DNA of 63,328 nucleotides, filler included, from Bonamia ostreae (Eukaryota): NCBI GenBank assembly GCA_040357525.1. It is 15 parts of 15 records of this genome, joined end to end, with 100 filler letters (N's around TTAATTAATTAA, not from the genome) between each part and the next. Parts side by side here need not be neighbours in the genome. Positions count along the whole stretch, not along the records: positions 59,251 to 63,328 come from JBDODL010000365.1; 14 more parts are not named here. One strand, 5' to 3'. Shown piece by piece: positions 62,787 to 63,328 of this stretch (position 1 is its first letter; each line of letters starts with the position of its first letter). The notes under the pieces were generated by a model. It saw only the letters and a program-made list of their open reading frames with translations, ran no database searches and was not told where the DNA came from. The position numbers and the translations under genes were made by a program.

Positions 62787-63328
62787 ATGGCTAGAAAAAA
62801 CAGAAAAAAGGAGAAAAAAAATAAAAAGAAAGCGAACGAGCAATCAAAACAAGTTCCATTTCAACATTTCAATAGAACGATGAAAAAGCCGAAAACCGTT
62901 CTCAAAAAGCTTTCGATTTCCTACGAAATTTAGGTCCGGATGGATATATGAGAGCATCTGAATCTCTGTGCAAAAACGTTTTGATTCGAAACTATTCCAT
63001 GTCGACCCCGGACGGGGCAACTCCACTTTTAGAAAACGTCGACATAAAACTGAATTTCGGTCGAAAATACGTTTTAGTGGGCAAAAACGGCTATGGGAAG
63101 ACGACTTTGTTGGACAATCTCGCGTTCTATCGCGTCGAGGGATTTCCGACGCATGTTAGAATGGTTCATGTGCGGCAAGAATGCGACAAAAACGATCCGA
63201 GAAAAGTCATCGACGCAGTTCTCGAAGCCGATGTTGTGCGTTTGCAATTATTGGCCGAAGCTGAACGTCTTGAAAATCAGATGGTTCAAATATTTATTGT
63301 TTAATGTCGAACAAATCGAAAATTTTTA
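62787..63328 (+). CDS. ABCF-family ATPase (ABCF3/GCN20-like), 5' part
   Basis: LNFGRKYVLVGKNGYGKTTLL..MVHVRQE..VLEAD. A 23-nt first intron links the ATG at 62787. Confidence 0.88.

Overview
This window is not one locus. It is 15 unrelated contigs of about 4.1-4.2 kb, sorted by decreasing length and joined by N-padded TTAATTAATTAA linkers, so gene adjacency only means something within a contig. The DNA comes from a gene-dense, AT-rich eukaryote using the standard genetic code. Its genes are split by very many ultra-short GT-AG introns (mostly 18-27 nt, usually GTTT donors and A-rich acceptors), plus a minority of long introns inflated by tandem repeats. This is why the ORF track is fragmented. 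The architecture suggests a compact protist, possibly a Bonamia-like ascetosporean parasite (inference only). Recognisable genes: SMP-C2 protein, POLD2, copine, diacylglycerol kinase, histidine phosphatase, RBM5/10-like, BET1, PIGA, proteasome alpha7, PPME1, CTF4/WDHD1, ESS2, AROM (DHQS-EPSPS), a bromodomain protein, a cyclin, CysRS, ATP synthase g, RINT1-like, NUDT14, PCMT1, PSTK, TAF11, a divergent TBP-like factor, a C2H2 zinc-finger protein, PSF2, METTL23-like, RME-8-like, cytosolic MDH, REXO1-like and ABCF. There are also decayed LINE and Merlin elements and one tRNA-Ser(AGA). The most interesting items are a large beta-repeat fibre-like gene whose ~17 introns are all phase 0 and mostly at the same strand register, the micro-intron system itself, a tRNA nested in an intron, and a TBP homologue lacking its four intercalating phenylalanines and lying head-to-head with TAF11. 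All gene models were spliced by hand, family assignments come from remembered motifs, and no searches were run.
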